In this document: one piece after another, positions 25,726 through 38,887 of the stretch | How positions within the stretch are numbered: position 1 is the first letter of the stretch | Layout of the letters: every line of letters begins with the position of its first letter | NCBI GenBank assembly: GCA_907165135.1 | Contig: OU015567.1 | Location: 310,001-374,000, forward strand | Reading direction: 5' to 3' | Length of the DNA: 64,000 nucleotides | Source of the DNA: Oikopleura dioica | Lineage: Eukaryota; Animalia; Chordata | Position numbers and translations under genes: made by a program | The notes under the pieces: generated by a model | Told to the model about the DNA's origin: nothing | Databases searched by the model: none | The model's input: only the letters and a program-made list of their open reading frames with translations

Positions 25726-26716
25726 CTATTTTTGAAGTGATTCGTATAATTTCTGTAGAGCGGCTAAATGTACATCGTGAAGAATAGCATGAGGTCTTCC
25801 TTTCTTTATCAGCGAGTAGGCTTCATCTACGGTTTGTCTTTTGTGCTTGATGAAGTACGAGGCCATCACCGTACTTGAGCGTGTTCGGCCGGCTTTGCAG
25901 TGGATATAAACTCCTTCGTTCTCTGAAAGATGGTAGTGAAGAGATCGCTGATTTCGCGATACCTGATATGTGCTTATTGATCGTATCCGCCATCGAATTG
26001 AGCTCATCTACAGTAGGAGCGAAGTTGAAATCAGCGACATTGACCTTAAAATGAACAGTTTGAAAATTCTGCGAAGAGACACCCTTATTTGAAAAAAGTT
26101 ACCTTGTATTGATGAATTCCAAGTTTTTCCCATTCCGCTACACTTGGCGTCACGACCCGCTCAAACTCTTCATTACAGCTAATAACTGCTTTGATATTCA
26201 GTTCTGGAAGCTTTTTGGGAACATCTCCTAATCGACCTTGAGAGCCATTTGTGGAAGAAGATTTGAGAGGAATCGCGCCGAGGTAGAGATTTTCGCTTAT
26301 TTTATCAAACCAATTGATTTGGCCGTTTTTGTATCTCAAGATGTTGTATTGGAGGGAAACGCGAAAGGAGGTCGGCTTCATGAAATCGGCCGTCCAAAGT
26401 TTCATCAGCGGAGGCTTCATTTTGCCGGCTTTTTCTGAAGGAAAAATTGTTGCAGAAGATTTCATTACTCTGTCATCAAGAAATGAATATATTGAAAAAG
26501 ACGATCACTGAATTCTAACTTTCTATGAACAGTAAATTGCGAGTAGACATGAAATAAAGCGAGTGCATTTTTTGTATCTGTATTTGTTTTTAACGCATGT
26601 TTTTTTTCATGAGATTTTAAGATTTTGAGCAGTCGTTGTTTAAGTTTTTTTTGTGATTTTTGGTTTGAAGGTTTCTGAGTGTACTTTTTGTTGACAGAGA
26701 CGATCGAATTTGCCAT
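25726..26716 (-). CDS. PTPMT1: Phosphatidylglycerophosphatase / dual-specificity phosphatase, multi-exon
   Basis: Catalytic loop VYIHCKAGRTRSST. The N-terminal block SLQYNILR...WFDKISENLYLGAIPL is characteristic of PTPMT1. Confidence 0.85.
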
Positions 26717-26876
26717 CAGACTTTTTGGGGAGGATGATAATTAACTCGATCACGGCGTTGTTTTTTTTCTTGATTTATGGCCAGGTTAGTGGCACATGGG
26801 AGCTGCTGATGTCTGAAAATAATGATATGAATGCCTTTATCTACTGTAGCCCAATTTCGGCCAATCGACTTCGGCC

Positions 26877-28451
26877 TTAGATTTGCTCATTCCACAATTC
26901 GACTAAACTTACAGATGGCTGGTCTTCGGGCGCTGGAACGGGTTCCATACACCTATCAGCGAACATTTTCCAAATGAATCCATCGTTGTCCATTCCATCA
27001 GCCCCTTCCGAATCCGCTGACATCGTAAATTGATGTCGAATCGGAGCGACAAGAGTCGGAAGCATTGTCATGTAGCTCGGCTTGAGAAGACGAGCAGCGT
27101 CTTCGGCCATTTTGATGTCGAGCTTGAGGCCGAGTTGTTTTTGGTGGAGTTTGAAGAAAATTCGGAACTGAGCGGAGTACTTTTTGAAGGCGACCATGAA
27201 GAGGCCAAAAGCAAGCTCCAGAGGAGGAATTCGAGCCGTTTCGAAGTTGGTGAGTTGCTTGGCGAGAAAATGCAGGAGCACCTTCTTGGCGTCAAGCCCA
27301 ACGACCTTGCGGTGATGCGTAGTGACGTTGATGTAGTCGAGGAGGGAGGAAAAGAAATCCACGGCCGTGGATTCCGACACTTCCCAGTTGAGTTTTGAAA
27401 GAATCGTCATTTCCATGCGCTTCAGATCGCGCTAGAATATGAGTTGAGACAAACTGGAGTTTTTCATTCGCCGAAAATAGGCTTTTTCCGACTTACCACA
27501 GAAAAAGCAGTCTTTGAAGCCCTAATGAGATGTTTGCCTAGGTTTCTAATCTGCTCGTCTTCGAGCAACTTGGCGGCTAGAAGGAGACAAGTGGTGGCGA
27601 GAACGCGGACGTGCGCCTTTTTCACTTTCATTCCAAATATGACCCTATCGAAAATTGCAATCGCAAGAGCAATTGTATCGCTTGATAATTGATGATGGAT
27701 GCATTGATTGTGGATCCATTTGCATGCTTCGTCCCTTTTTACAGAGTTCATTTTGCTCTTTCTAGCGCTAGAAAGGCTCGATTTCGAGGCTTGAAAAGGG
27801 TAAGAAATGGAGAACTCCGTGCCTATCTACGTATGTTGCGTGGATTGATGTTACTTCACTCTCCGTTTCAGGAGAGGGCCGAAAACTCTGATACGATTTC
27901 TTCCAGTTATCACGGCGTTTAGCTAAACAAAGAAAGTTAGGTCCGATTCAGATTTTCTCTAGAGCGCGCGGAGCAAAATGTTTCTAGATGGCCGGCATTC
28001 TCTAACGCCGGCCATCATTTCTCTTCAGTCTGGAAATTCCAGCGATAATTTGAGTCCGAAAGCGAGATAAAAATGGTAAGTCTTTGATTTCCAAGTAGAA
28101 ACCTGACCGTTTTCTTTAAGATTTTGAGGTCTAATTAGTTCCGACAGTGACAACCTCCAGTCACGTGGGGACGGAGAAAGCAAAACAAGATGAGTGCGTC
28201 GAAAAGCGAAAACTTGAATGGAAAACTTCCTTCATACTGCGCTTCTATTCTCGACTCTCCGAGAATTACTGCGGATCCATAGCTTGGATTCCTCTCTGTA
28301 CAAAATATTGAAAACTAGTAATAAAATATCCATTCGTTCATTCAAACTGTGTTTGAGGTGTTGATCATTTTGCAGGGACAGAAAGACAGTAGTTACCTGT
28401 AATGGCTTTCAACTGATTGACCAGCTTTGAGGCAGGGAGAGTTGGAGCCAT
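26877..28451 (-). CDS. Cyclin I/G-family cyclin, multi-exon
   Basis: Cyclin box RDEACKWI...TIALAIAIFDR...LATTCLLLAAKLLEDE...DLKRMEMTILSKLNWEV. The upstream exons MAPTLPASKLVNQLKAIT/EESKLWIR resemble the cyclin I N-terminus. Confidence 0.85.
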
Positions 28452-29020
28452 TCTGCTTTGCTTGGTGAAAGTCTTATCAACTTAAATCTTCTTCCAAAAC
28501 AACGCACTATTGCATAACCTTCCGGAACTGTCTAAAAGACAAACTGTCAGGAAAAATACAGCAGGGAGTTGTGCAGCTAATAAATGTATCTGTATCATCG
28601 ATAAGGGTGTTTTCCGTTAAAAAGTTCTGTGATAAGGCAGTGGTGGACAGTTCTAGTTTCATTTGTCCTTTTTTCTTCCTAAATGACAGGTTTTTGATGC
28701 AGCTTTTGCTTGAAAATCGGCTCCCAGAGCAGTGAACTTTTCCAGTGTCAACAACTTTCAACCGTAGAGAGATGCTTTCCTTCTAGCCATACGGTATCTC
28801 TTGAATTTGGGCATGTGTTTAGACTTGCTCCTTAGGGGTGTACCTCCCTGGGTAAGGGGCCATGCCTTCATTTTTCGTAAGTTTAAGAATACGGCCCAAT
28901 TTCGGGCTCCAAAAATAGAATCACCGTATGTCACCTGCCTAGATGATTACAGCGTAGTGTGACTAGATATATCCTAAGCGATCACCATCGCCTCTGATGA
29001 GTTCAGAAACCAAATAACGG

Positions 29021-32000
29021 TTAAAATTTGAAGAAATTTGGGCGTTCTGGTTTCTCAAATTGACGAAAAATTTCTTGATTTTCGAATGAATTCAAAGTTG
29101 CTTTTAAATCAATCTTTCTTGTTTCATTGTTTGACACATTCCTAAGTATCTCTTTGGCGGTGTGGAACAAATGAGCCTTGAGCTGAAGTTTGTCTTCGCG
29201 ATTCTGATGCGATGTGGACAGATGACGGAGCTCCTCAGTTGTCAAAAGACTGCGCCGGACGCATTGCGGGGAAATGAAGTCGCAGGCAATTTTGATGCAT
29301 GAGTTGATATTCAGAACCTTTAAGATTCACTAATAAAGGGGATTCGAGAAAGAATTACCTGATGAATAGCTCCAGAAGGGATGAAAACCGCGTCGCCCTC
29401 GCATTGAAGAATATACTTTCCTTTTACTCCATGTTTTTCAAGCATTTCCCTAGAGTGAAACATAGCCAACAGCGGATGCAAACGCGCCTTTTACCTGATT
29501 TCGCTGGTGATGTAAGTATCCTGGTCATGAATCGCATCGTTCCCAGATCCCTTCTTGTACTGCTCCTCGTCTCGTTTATGAAGCAGTTTTCTTATTTTCT
29601 CGGTATCGCGGACGGGCCAAATGTGCCAGAGCGCGCCCGGTTTTCGTCCAGACTCGATGAAATTGTCGATTTCTTCGTCGGAGAGACCCCCTTCCACGAG
29701 CAAATTGCGCAAGGCTTCTCGTCGCTGCCGTTTTGAGAAGGAATTGACTGGTTCGACGACGTTTGTCATCACGTTGATTGCGCCGGAAATGTCGATGTGG
29801 CAATCTGTACTTCCCTGACAAGAGAGTTAATTCAACCGCAATGACCGCAAAACTCACCTGTTTCATCTTCAAGAAGACTTCATGCTTATTTTTGTCGATA
29901 AATTCTTCGAGCCAGCCATAAGCAATGTACATTTTCGGTCCTAAATCGGGGATGCAAAAGTACTTTGGAAGGTACTTCGCCAAATTGAGCGCTCCATCGC
30001 GGTGGCAGATCTCGTGACAGGGTAGAAATTCCTTGAAGGCCTTGAAATGAAGCGGCATTTTTCGGCAAATGTCGTCTGTTGTCGGCCAATCTACAAGGAA
30101 AAGTCGATAATTGGGACTGTCTTGAGCAGGATTTCCAATACCTTTGAGCTTATAAATAGGAGGATCTTCCATTGACTTCGTGTATCGATGATTGTAATTG
30201 CTGAATCCGGCCCAAAACTCGCGGAGAGCACCTTTAGAAAGATGTTCGTTTTCACGGCAGTCGACCAGAATCGCTCGCTCCTGGGAGTAGTTTTCTTCGA
30301 AATAGTCTACAGACCAGATTTGATGGTCGAATGAAGGATGCTTGTCAAGATCGAAAATGACTATTGGCTCGCGATTTTCCCAATGAGCGTAGATTTCTGT
30401 GTCCAGAGCTGACTTTGCAAGGGTTTTACTCTGTTTTGAAAAATAAGATATAAATCAAGTTTTTTTTCCTGAATTTATTCTTTTTAGAATGAAAGAAAGT
30501 TGCTTAAATTTGATTTTTTAATTATTTATTGAAAGAAAGATGTTTTTAAAGTATTTTACAAGTTGAGAGAATAATTGTACATGGGAATGTTGGAAGTTTG
30601 AGCAAGAGATTCGTAGTAGGTGTTGAAGTAGGATGGGAACATGTGAGCGTAGTTTTCAGTTGTCGAATTCTGAGCGAAGTGGGCGTAGATATTATCGGCG
30701 AAGGCATTTGAATTTGAGGCTCCAGTCAGATGAGAAGATCCTTCGTCCTCGGAAGAGCTGGAGTTAGTGTTTGGAGAGCCAACAGAGCAGTCGAGTTCTG
30801 ATTTCTGGCGCTTGGAATTGGTGACGTCTTGGTCTTCATCTCGTGCTCGCTTTTCGCCGACAATGGATCGAGATGGAATTGGAACTGGAGCTGCGTCACC
30901 GTGATGGGCTTTCATGTGCTTCCTGAGGCTCGAAGGATGGCAGTATTCGCGCTCGCAGTCATCGACGGGGCATTTCAGGACGCCTTTCTTGTGGACATTC
31001 ATGTGCTTCTTTCGGTCGGAAGAATTGGAGAAGGTCTTTTTGCAGCCTGGATGGTAGCAGTCGAAGGGGCGCTCGCCAGTGTGGATTCGTCGGTGAATCT
31101 TGAGGTTTTCGCTGCGAGCAAATCGCTTTCCACAAGGGATTCCGCTGATGATCTCGTCGCAGACAAAGGGCTTCTCGCCGGTGTGGATTCGAAGGTGATT
31201 GACGAGCTTGTACTTGGCCTTGAAGGGTTTGTCCTGACGGGAGCAGCCGGACCAGGAGCAGGCAGACTCGTCGTTGGTGGGATTGTTCACGTGGTCGAGG
31301 TTTAGATGGTTGATGAAGTCGGACATTTTGGCGAAGGAGAAGCCGCACATTTGACCGTTCTCCATCCACTCGCAGAGGTGATGATTTGCTTGGGAAGGTA
31401 CACGGAGAAAGACGTTTGATTGGGAGTAGAGAGGATCGAAGTTGGCGTTTGAAGCAGCGTTTCCGTGGAAGTTTTGCATATTTCGATGATTTGTTGTTTT
31501 GCTTTTTGTTGATTGTTTGTTGAGGATGATTATGTTTTGATGGTTGATTCAATTTCTCTCCTGGTATAAATACCACAGTAGGTTAGTGCGGCGCGCGAGA
31601 GCGCATTTCAACCAGCTGGTCAGGCGCTCGCCAAGGGGCAAGTTTCGCTCTGAGCGCGAAATCTAGAATCAAAGCGCTCTGATCTGAATCACACCTGCGA
31701 GTTCCGAAAGTTATCAAGATTATCACCAAAAATTTCAAAGAAAGTAAAGATTACACAGAAAGCTCTCCCTACATGAAGAGTAATGAAACCCAGTGCCTTT
31801 GATTTTTTGCCGTCGAGATGAATCACAGAATTCGGAGTGTCACGGAAATGCTTTGTGTCGATGATTTCAACCTTTGCTTTGAAGCGTGAATGCACTTTTC
31901 CCGAGGAGTCGATTCGTTGCTCGATTTTGTTGATTTTGTCCAAATCAGAAGGGCTCAGCTCATCGCCACTAAATTTCAGAATTTATCAAGAGAAGCAGCC

Positions 32001-35000
32001 TTAATATTTTTTGATTGAATACGAACCTAGGGGAAATGGCAGGATCATTGTCAGAATCGGAGCTTTCAAAGTCCGAAAGGGGATCGACCAAGATTTTCTC
32101 AATGTCCTTGAGTAGATCTGCTTTCATCTTTTCGTCGATTTTTCGCTGCTCAAGCTTCAGGAGTTCTTCGAGCTGGCTTTTGTTGATATCTCCTACCAAG
32201 TCGAGCTCTTGGGGAATGACGTTCTTGTCTTTGAGGTAGCGCTCGGTTGACAGTGGATGGCAAACGTCAGGAACATCGTGGCTAAAGTTTCATTTTAGGA
32301 ATTGAAAGCAACAGAAACTAATACCTCGGATTGCTGGACATGATAAATTGAAGTAGCACGTAGATGTTTTTGAAGGATTCGATAGGTATGAAGGAAATGG
32401 GCAGGACCGTGTTTCTGAAAAAGTACTTTTTTAGTGATTTGTCAACTAAAAGGTTCAAAAGAGCCCTTATCCAAAAATTTTGGATTCAAAGCTCGAAATT
32501 CAAAGAAGGCAAGATGGCTAATGCATTGTTAAACATTTTCCGTATTGATACCCCGCCATGCATTTGCATCTACGAGCAATTCTAGTGCTTCTTAGAAGGC
32601 CGTCTTTGACCCCGCGGCATGACCCCAGCCTGGGGCCTCTGGGGAGCATCTGCCCCGCGCAGATGGACTCGTCTAAAACGGAAATGGATACACATCTTAC
32701 CGGTCGTCTGGAATTGTTCGATGGTTGTGGCAGAAGCTGCAGTGATGGATTTTCTTAAGATCAGTTCCAGGAATTTTCTTCATCGCGCATTTTGGACAAA
32801 TCGTACCGCCACAGGAAGTGCAGATGTAGTGCGAGTTGAAGAGGGATGTCTAAATTGACAGTAAGTCCAACTGTTTTGCGAATCCGGGGGTTTACCTTGC
32901 ATCTATCACATGTTTCCCTGACTCCAGGAATCACTCGCTTGACCGTATTCTTCCCGTATCGCATCCGCAATTGCTTGAAAGTTCCATCCAAATAGTCCTT
33001 GTTGCTACTTTTTTCCCACTCAATTTCTTCAAGCAGCATTTCCCGAATATCGCCCCAGAGAATTTCCAACAAATGACGAGCAGTCTGAGGTGAAATCATC
33101 ACCTCTCGGAACTCGTCAGATGGCAAAAACAAGCGATGATACCACTCTGGAATGATTTTAGAATTGGTGAAGCTCGAAGGCTTGAGGCCGCGCTTCTCCC
33201 GGAGAATTTGCTCGATTGACGTCTGCGCCGTAACAGCCTTGCCGGGACAGAGCCGCCGTAACCCCTTTTAAAGCGTTTTAAAACATTTTAAATTTTTAAC
33301 GCGGTCAAGTTGGTAAAATGGCTCGAAAGCGCTTCTAAGCTGATCTTTTCACTAATTAAGTCGTCTTAAAAATGCACGAGCAGTAATTCTTTTTCCTTAT
33401 AAAAAGGGATATAAAAAAGAAGAACGGGTGAAAATGTCCTTGAGAGTTCTGTGTTTTCTTCGTGTAGTTGCTCTAGGAACGAGTTTTAGTTTAAATTTGA
33501 TTCATTTTTTGAGCGAAGCGAAAAGTGCCTATAGAAACTATGCAAAGAAAAATTCTAGTTTCAAGCGAGATTCAGGTATTTCCACGAGCGGGGCCTCCTG
33601 TGTCGGCAACCTGAGTCAGGGTCCAGAAAGAGCTGAGATTCTTCTTACAGTGGGTTGCACAGTTGGTTCCCCTTTGCGATTGCAGCTTTGGTTGCCCTTT
33701 TGCCCGCACTTTTTCTATTGTTCTAGACTCGCTCAAAGTGATTGCTGGATTGGTTGACCCTTCACCCGCTCTTTAGGGGGCAACTACCTGCGCACCCACT
33801 GTAACCTAAGAATGAAAAGATAAATTTAGCGGAGCCGCATTGCGGCTTTGCTTTAAGAAAAAGCCGCCTGGTGACTTTTAATTGAAGCTTTTTCCGACCC
33901 CTGACTCAAGGTCTCATCCAGGTTGCCACGAATGTTGACCGAATTTGTTCTCCAGGAAAATTTTTTCAATTGAGAATTTTTTAGATTCCGAAAAGAGCGC
34001 ATTCGGAATAGAAAAACCGATTTCAATGGCGGACTTGGACCTTTTTATAGATCAATTGGCAACTAAACCTGACCGTATTTACACATAAAGATCACTGACT
34101 GAAAATTCACTACTTAGACCAACGTCTTAATAAACCCACTAATGAGTCTCTTTGAAAAAAATCAAAACGCTCTTCCTGAAACGCGCAAGAAATGTTTCTG
34201 GTCAAATCGGGCGACGCATCAAACTCGCCATTCTCGTCGTAATACAAGCTTCTCTCGTTGCAATGGGACTTCTGAAAATTGTGAAAATCTTTCCAGTAGA
34301 GCTTGTCGCAGACGCCGCAAACGTAGTTTTCTCCAATTCCGCGGCGGATGAAAGTGTCTTTTTTCTTGTTCGCGTATTGACGGGTCAGATATCGCATGCA
34401 CGGAGAGTCTTGAATTTCGCCAATTGTTGAGAGCTTTTCTTTTGCATCTGCTTTCGAAATTTTCGCCCTTTTCTTCTCCGGCTCTTCTCCGGCATTACTG
34501 TTTGGCTCAGAACCGAGAGGAGAAGTAGGAACTTCATCATCCGTTAGTGTAGAGAGGGTTGAGTTTTCTTCAAAAAACGACGTTTCTTCTTTGATTTCTT
34601 GGGCTTCTTCAGTTTTTTCTCCGATTTTCTGCATTTTTTGCCCGGTTTCCAGAGCTTGAGATTCTTTTTTCAGCTCTATTTGGTCTTTTACAACCTCTTT
34701 TGGCCCTTTTTCCGACGGTTTTTGCCCGTTTTCTTGCGTTTTTCTTTCGTTTTCAGTCAGTTTTCCCTTTTTCGTCGACCATTCATTCACCGACCGGCAC
34801 ATGGCTACTGTAACTCTGAGCGTATGACTGTCATCTTCGAATATAAACGCCGAGTTGGGACATCGCCAGATTTTTATCTTCGACGCTTTTTGAAAGGAAA
34901 ATTGCTGCTGAAACTGTTTGTCGTCGGGGTCGGCCATGAAGTTGTTCGAATTCTGGATGATTTTTTCGATGTATCGTCGGACGTCGAAGATGTCTCTTGA

Positions 35001-36329
35001 AACGCTTTCCCGGAGCGTTTTTTCCAGCTCGTCTACAGCGATTTTCGTCAGGTTGAATGGCTGGTAGAAGCTGTTATTCCACACGATTTCTACACCTTCC
35101 GGTAAAGCTGGCCATTGAAACTTCCTCTGCTTGACAATTTCTAGCGGTCCCCATTCGTCAACCCTCGGCTTATTTTGCTTCAACAGTTCTTTTTCGATCT
35201 TTTCCATGTTAGGAATCGGCCGGACTTTTATTTCTTTCGGCTTTTCTTCGACTAAAATCGCTTTCTGTGGTTTTTGCTTTTGAACCGTAGCCGGAGCTGG
35301 AGCTGGATTTTGGACCAGGGAAGAGTTTGTTTTCGACCGAATTTTCTCTTCTTTTGGCGGTTTTTTCTTGCGCTTGAAATCTGGAAGATTCATTTTTCCC
35401 TTCTCCTTCTCGGATTTTTCGGATTTTCGCTTTTTTGGAGGATTTTGAGGATCTTTCTTTTGATTCTGATTTGCAGTTGCGAGAAAATCGAATTGGTGGA
35501 GGCGAAAAGCAGGTTTTTGCGTTTTCTGTTTTTGAACCTGAGTTGCGCGCGGCGGAGAATTATGAGACAAATTCCGTAGGGAATTGGGGCTCCCCTGATC
35601 GATGGCTCTTTCTTTCTTGTTAACATAATTTCAGCATATAATATGCTGAATAATAGCATATAATTTCACCCATTCAAATGGTTTCAAATTTGTTGAAAAA
35701 AAGAAGCCATTCCTGATTCAAATTCTGTCCAGTTTTGATGACTTTTCCGAGCTTCCCGTCCGGCATTCTGATCATGTGACCTGGCTGAAGAGGCATTTGA
35801 TTTGTTCCCTGCACAATCGTCATTTGCGATTGCGTCCAAGGGCGAGCGATCTGAGATGGTGGTCTTTCTGGGCTGATTCGGGGATATTGCGAAGTCGGGA
35901 GCCAAGGTTGATGAGGAGGAAGGTTGCTTTGGGGGCGAATTGGGGTCAGCCCGGGCGGCGAAGAATGTCGCAGAGTGGGCTTTTTGTGGTTTTTAGAGAG
36001 TTTTTTTCTGATTCTGGGCTCGGCAACTGGTCCAGAAAACCTGAGTCAGGGGCTAAAAAACTTTAATAAACGGCAAAAACCCGCGTAAAAGATCTTTCCG
36101 GCCCTGACTCAGGTTTTGGCAAATAAAAATTAATCGCGAGTTTAACCAATGCCTGTATGATAGCTCCACTGCCCAAAAACGGCACTGGGCGACTATGAAA
36201 CGGCATGTTGGAGCCATTTGGAGAATTCGGATTCATGGAGTTTTCATTTCGCGAGTTTCCGGAAAGAGGGTAGATTGGCGCCTGAATACTTCTGGGATTC
36301 GTCTGTTCTTTGTCATCCCGTCCTTTCAT
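29021..36329 (-). CDS. KDM3: JmjC histone H3K9 demethylase, KDM3/JMJD1 family, multi-exon (5' end approximate)
   Basis: JmjC: LKDWPT, LNLAKYLP, PDLGPKMYIAYG, HIDISGAINV, PGALWHIW, DAIHDQ, QCEGDAVFIPSGAIHQV, EDKLQLK. Zinc finger KRVIPGVRETCDRCK|TSLFNSHYICTSCGGTICPKC at ~32800-32940. A long low-complexity exon spans 34110-35570. Confidence 0.88.
30556..31479 (-). CDS. Zic: Zic-family C2H2 zinc-finger transcription factor, intronless, nested in a KDM3 intron
   Basis: Five fingers with Zic signatures FKAKYKLVNHLRIHTGEKPF, FARSENLKIHRRIHTGERPF, FSNSSDRKKHM and YCHPSSLRKHMKAH. A TATA-like TATTTATA lies ~85 bp upstream. Confidence 0.95.
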   Translation of the reverse strand: MQNFHGNAASNANFDPLYSQSNVFLRVPSQANHHLCEWMENGQMCGFSFAKMSDFINHLNLDHVNNPTNDESACSWSGCSRQDKPFKAKYKLVNHLRIHTGEKPFVCDEIISGIPCGKRFARSENLKIHRRIHTGERPFDCYHPGCKKTFSNSSDRKKHMNVHKKGVLKCPVDDCEREYCHPSSLRKHMKAHHGDAAPVPIPSRSIVGEKRARDEDQDVTNSKRQKSELDCSVGSPNTNSSSSEDEGSSHLTGASNSNAFADNIYAHFAQNSTTENYAHMFPSYFNTYYESLAQTSNIPMYNYSLNL

Positions 36330-36594
36330 CGCGATTTACGATTTTTCATGGCATTTCTGAAGATTTTCAAAAGTGAAAATAATTCTAGCGTAGGATTGGG
36401 ATAATTATTTATCAAAATTACTCAGTAAGAAACAGAATCATAAAATAGCTGATAAATACAAGAACCGTAACTTTACAAAATATCGATTTTTTCTTGATTT
36501 CAAATTCTCGTAAAGCGCTTTTTCTCACTCGAACGTGATTGGCCGAGCGCGCCAAATTTAAAAGAAAAAAACGAGAAACTAAAAAGCTCCAAAA

Positions 36595-37666
36595 ATGAGT
36601 TTGGAAGCAGCGAAAAAGCCTGTCTTCGAGAAATCCTCAAGAAAAGCATCACAGGTAAAAATCACTGTAATTATAGACTGTTTCACTAATGTAGTTGTTA
36701 ATCAATTTGATTATTCGTCGTGATTAATTAACGAAAATAGAGAGAATAGGTTTGGAAAACACTTTCTGACAGCTTGAGGCCGCGAAAATCGACAGTAGAT
36801 GCCATCGTTCTTCAGTTACAGAGGTAAACTACTGTAAGAAGAAAAATGAAATTACCTTTTTTTAGATTTTTCGAAAAAGAAGAAGTTCCATTTCTCGAGC
36901 GCGCTGAGAAATTTCTGAAATCGGCGGATTGCTCTCTTTTTGAAGAAAAAGCCGAATTCGACGATTTTGGATACAAAAGAATTTTGATCGCTGAAAATGA
37001 AAAGTTTAACTTGGTGCTCATGTGCTGGCCAGAAGGATCTGCTACGAGCATTCATGATCACACCGGATCCGAGTGCATTATGAAGTGTTTGTCAGGTGAG
37101 ATCTTGAATTGTCGGAATAATTTTTATCGTTCTTTGGCCATGGTTAGACTCTAACCGTTAGAGCCTCGTCGACCCCCGTAGCTTGAAGATGAATGTCCGT
37201 TTTAGAAATTATTTTTAGGAAAAATTCGCGAAACGAGGTACAAATGGCCAGAAAAGAAACGACAGGCGTTGGAGAAAATCGGCGAAGAAGATCTTTTGAA
37301 AAACGAAGTTTCCGGGATAAATGACGAAGCTGGACTTCATCTTATCGAAAATCCGTCGACGGCGGAGAGGGCGATCTCGTTGCATTTGTATTATCCCCCG
37401 CTTTCTGAATGTCTAGGTAAGAAATGCTCTTTTTTCCATCAATATGAGCTCGGAACCTGTGAAACAGAGTTTGTGCCAGAAAAAGCTTGAATCAAAGGCC
37501 AATTAAAAGCTTTTTGAACACGAAGCCGCGAACTTTTGGCCCTGACTCAGGTTTTCTTCGCTATTTGACTTTAGTTAACAGATTTATCACCCTATTATTG
37601 ATGCTTTCAGTATTCGACGAATATACAGGAAGAGCGCGACGAGTCCGGCTCAAGCTGTCTTCTTGA
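36595..37666 (+). CDS. CDO1: Cysteine dioxygenase, multi-exon
   Basis: YKRILI, FNLVLMCWPEGSATSIHDHTGSECIMKCLSG, GLHLIEN and AISLHLYYPP. The last exon VFDEYTGRARRV follows a GTAAG intron that contains a MITE. Confidence 0.9.
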
Positions 37667-37769
37667 AAGAAGCCATCCAATATCCATCCCTCTCCTCTCT
37701 CTATTCTCGTTTCAACCCCTTTTTCCGCGCTATTTTCCCCCTCCCTCTTTGTGATTTTGCCTTTTTCAG

Positions 37770-38030
37770 TCTTGCGCTAGTCTCCTCAACGTAATTGCCA
37801 ACGAACCAACGATAGGAATGTACCGAATTCAAGAGCACATCCGCAAAACTGTGCCAAAGATGGAAAAGGAAACGGAGCGATTTCAAACCGTCGCCTCCAA
37901 CTTCGATAACGCCTGTTTCACTCTTGATTCCATCTCCGACTCTGTCAAGCTCGTCGAGAAAGGAGAAAGCGCCATTGACCGAATTGAACGCGATTTGGTC
38001 GAGCTCAACAATATCCTTGCTCGAGAATAA
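37770..38030 (+). CDS. BORCS8: BLOC-1-related complex subunit 8 (MEF2BNB-like); start codon unresolved
   Basis: VIANEPTIGMYRIQEHIRKTVP matches the conserved LANEPSVALYRLQEHVRRSLP motif. It is preceded by a pyrimidine-rich AG acceptor at 37769. Confidence 0.75.
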   Translation, partial: SCASLLNVIANEPTIGMYRIQEHIRKTVPKMEKETERFQTVASNFDNACFTLDSISDSVKLVEKGESAIDRIERDLVELNNILARE

Positions 38031-38101
38031 TTCGAAAAAATCTGCCATTTACTTTTTCTAGCGTTTTTCTCTTTTTAGAACATCGGTTTTTGAACTCAAA
38101 A

Positions 38102-38887
38102 ATGGAGGAAGAAGTGGCAGAAACGCTCAGTTTACAGACGATTTTGAAGTCGATTTTGGCTTCGATCTTCGGATTGGAACGGATTTAGATGACCCAATAA
38201 ATATAACAAAAAAAAAAACTAATTTTAAAACATCACATCAGTTGTTTCTCACCTCCTAAATCCGTGAAATAGACCCTGATTCTCGCATTCTGGCGGATTT
38301 TCTGGAAGTTCGTGCTCTACAAATTCCCGTTCATCCAGGCAATAGGTATGTTTCCCTTTCAACACTTCTCTCTTTTATGAAATTTAATTATTTTTGATTA
38401 GTGGCGACTGAAGGTAAAAAAATCTCGCTGGTGATCATGCAGCATGATTCATGCTATTTTATAAAACAGGATTTTCTCATAAAATTTTATACTCTCGTTA
38501 TTTGTCATTCTACGGACATTTGATGATTTTCCATCCAAATTCGGAATACAACTCATTTTCGCTACACTTTTTTCTTTTGATAACGAGTTTAACCATCAAG
38601 CCGCTGATTGGCTGAGTTTCTCTCCTTGAAAAGATCTTGGCCAATCAGAATTCGTGATGGGAATTTTCGTTATTTCGAGAAACCATTGTAGAATTTATCT
38701 ATTTACTCTCTTTTTAGGTGTTAAATGTATCGTTTTAGCCCTTTCTATCTTTTTTCTAACTATTTTTCTAGTGTCGGGAGAAGCACAAGCCCCCACCATT
38801 CCAGAAGTCCAGCTTACAGAAGAAGAAGCGCGCCGAGAGCGCGAAATTCGAATCGCCAAAAAGCGCAAAACTCGAAAAGCTGAATGA
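38102..38887 (+). CDS. Small integral membrane protein, SMIM13-like, multi-exon
   Basis: Exons give TLILAFWRIFWKFVLYKFPFIQAI|VSGEAQAPTIPEVQ...RIAKKRK, recalling SMIM13 (FVWHLFLSKFKFLRELVG). The first exon junction is unclear. Confidence 0.45.

Noticed and set aside
27988-28018. 10-bp perfect hairpin gatggccggc/gccggccatc in a cyclin intron
   Set aside because: It is a single short GC-rich palindrome with no second copy or other support.
28990-29030. Possible hammerhead ribozyme core (CTGATGAG..GAAA)
   Set aside because: There is no stem II closing pair and no stem I partner. CTGATGA near 42309 and 63869 likewise lacks a GAAA core.
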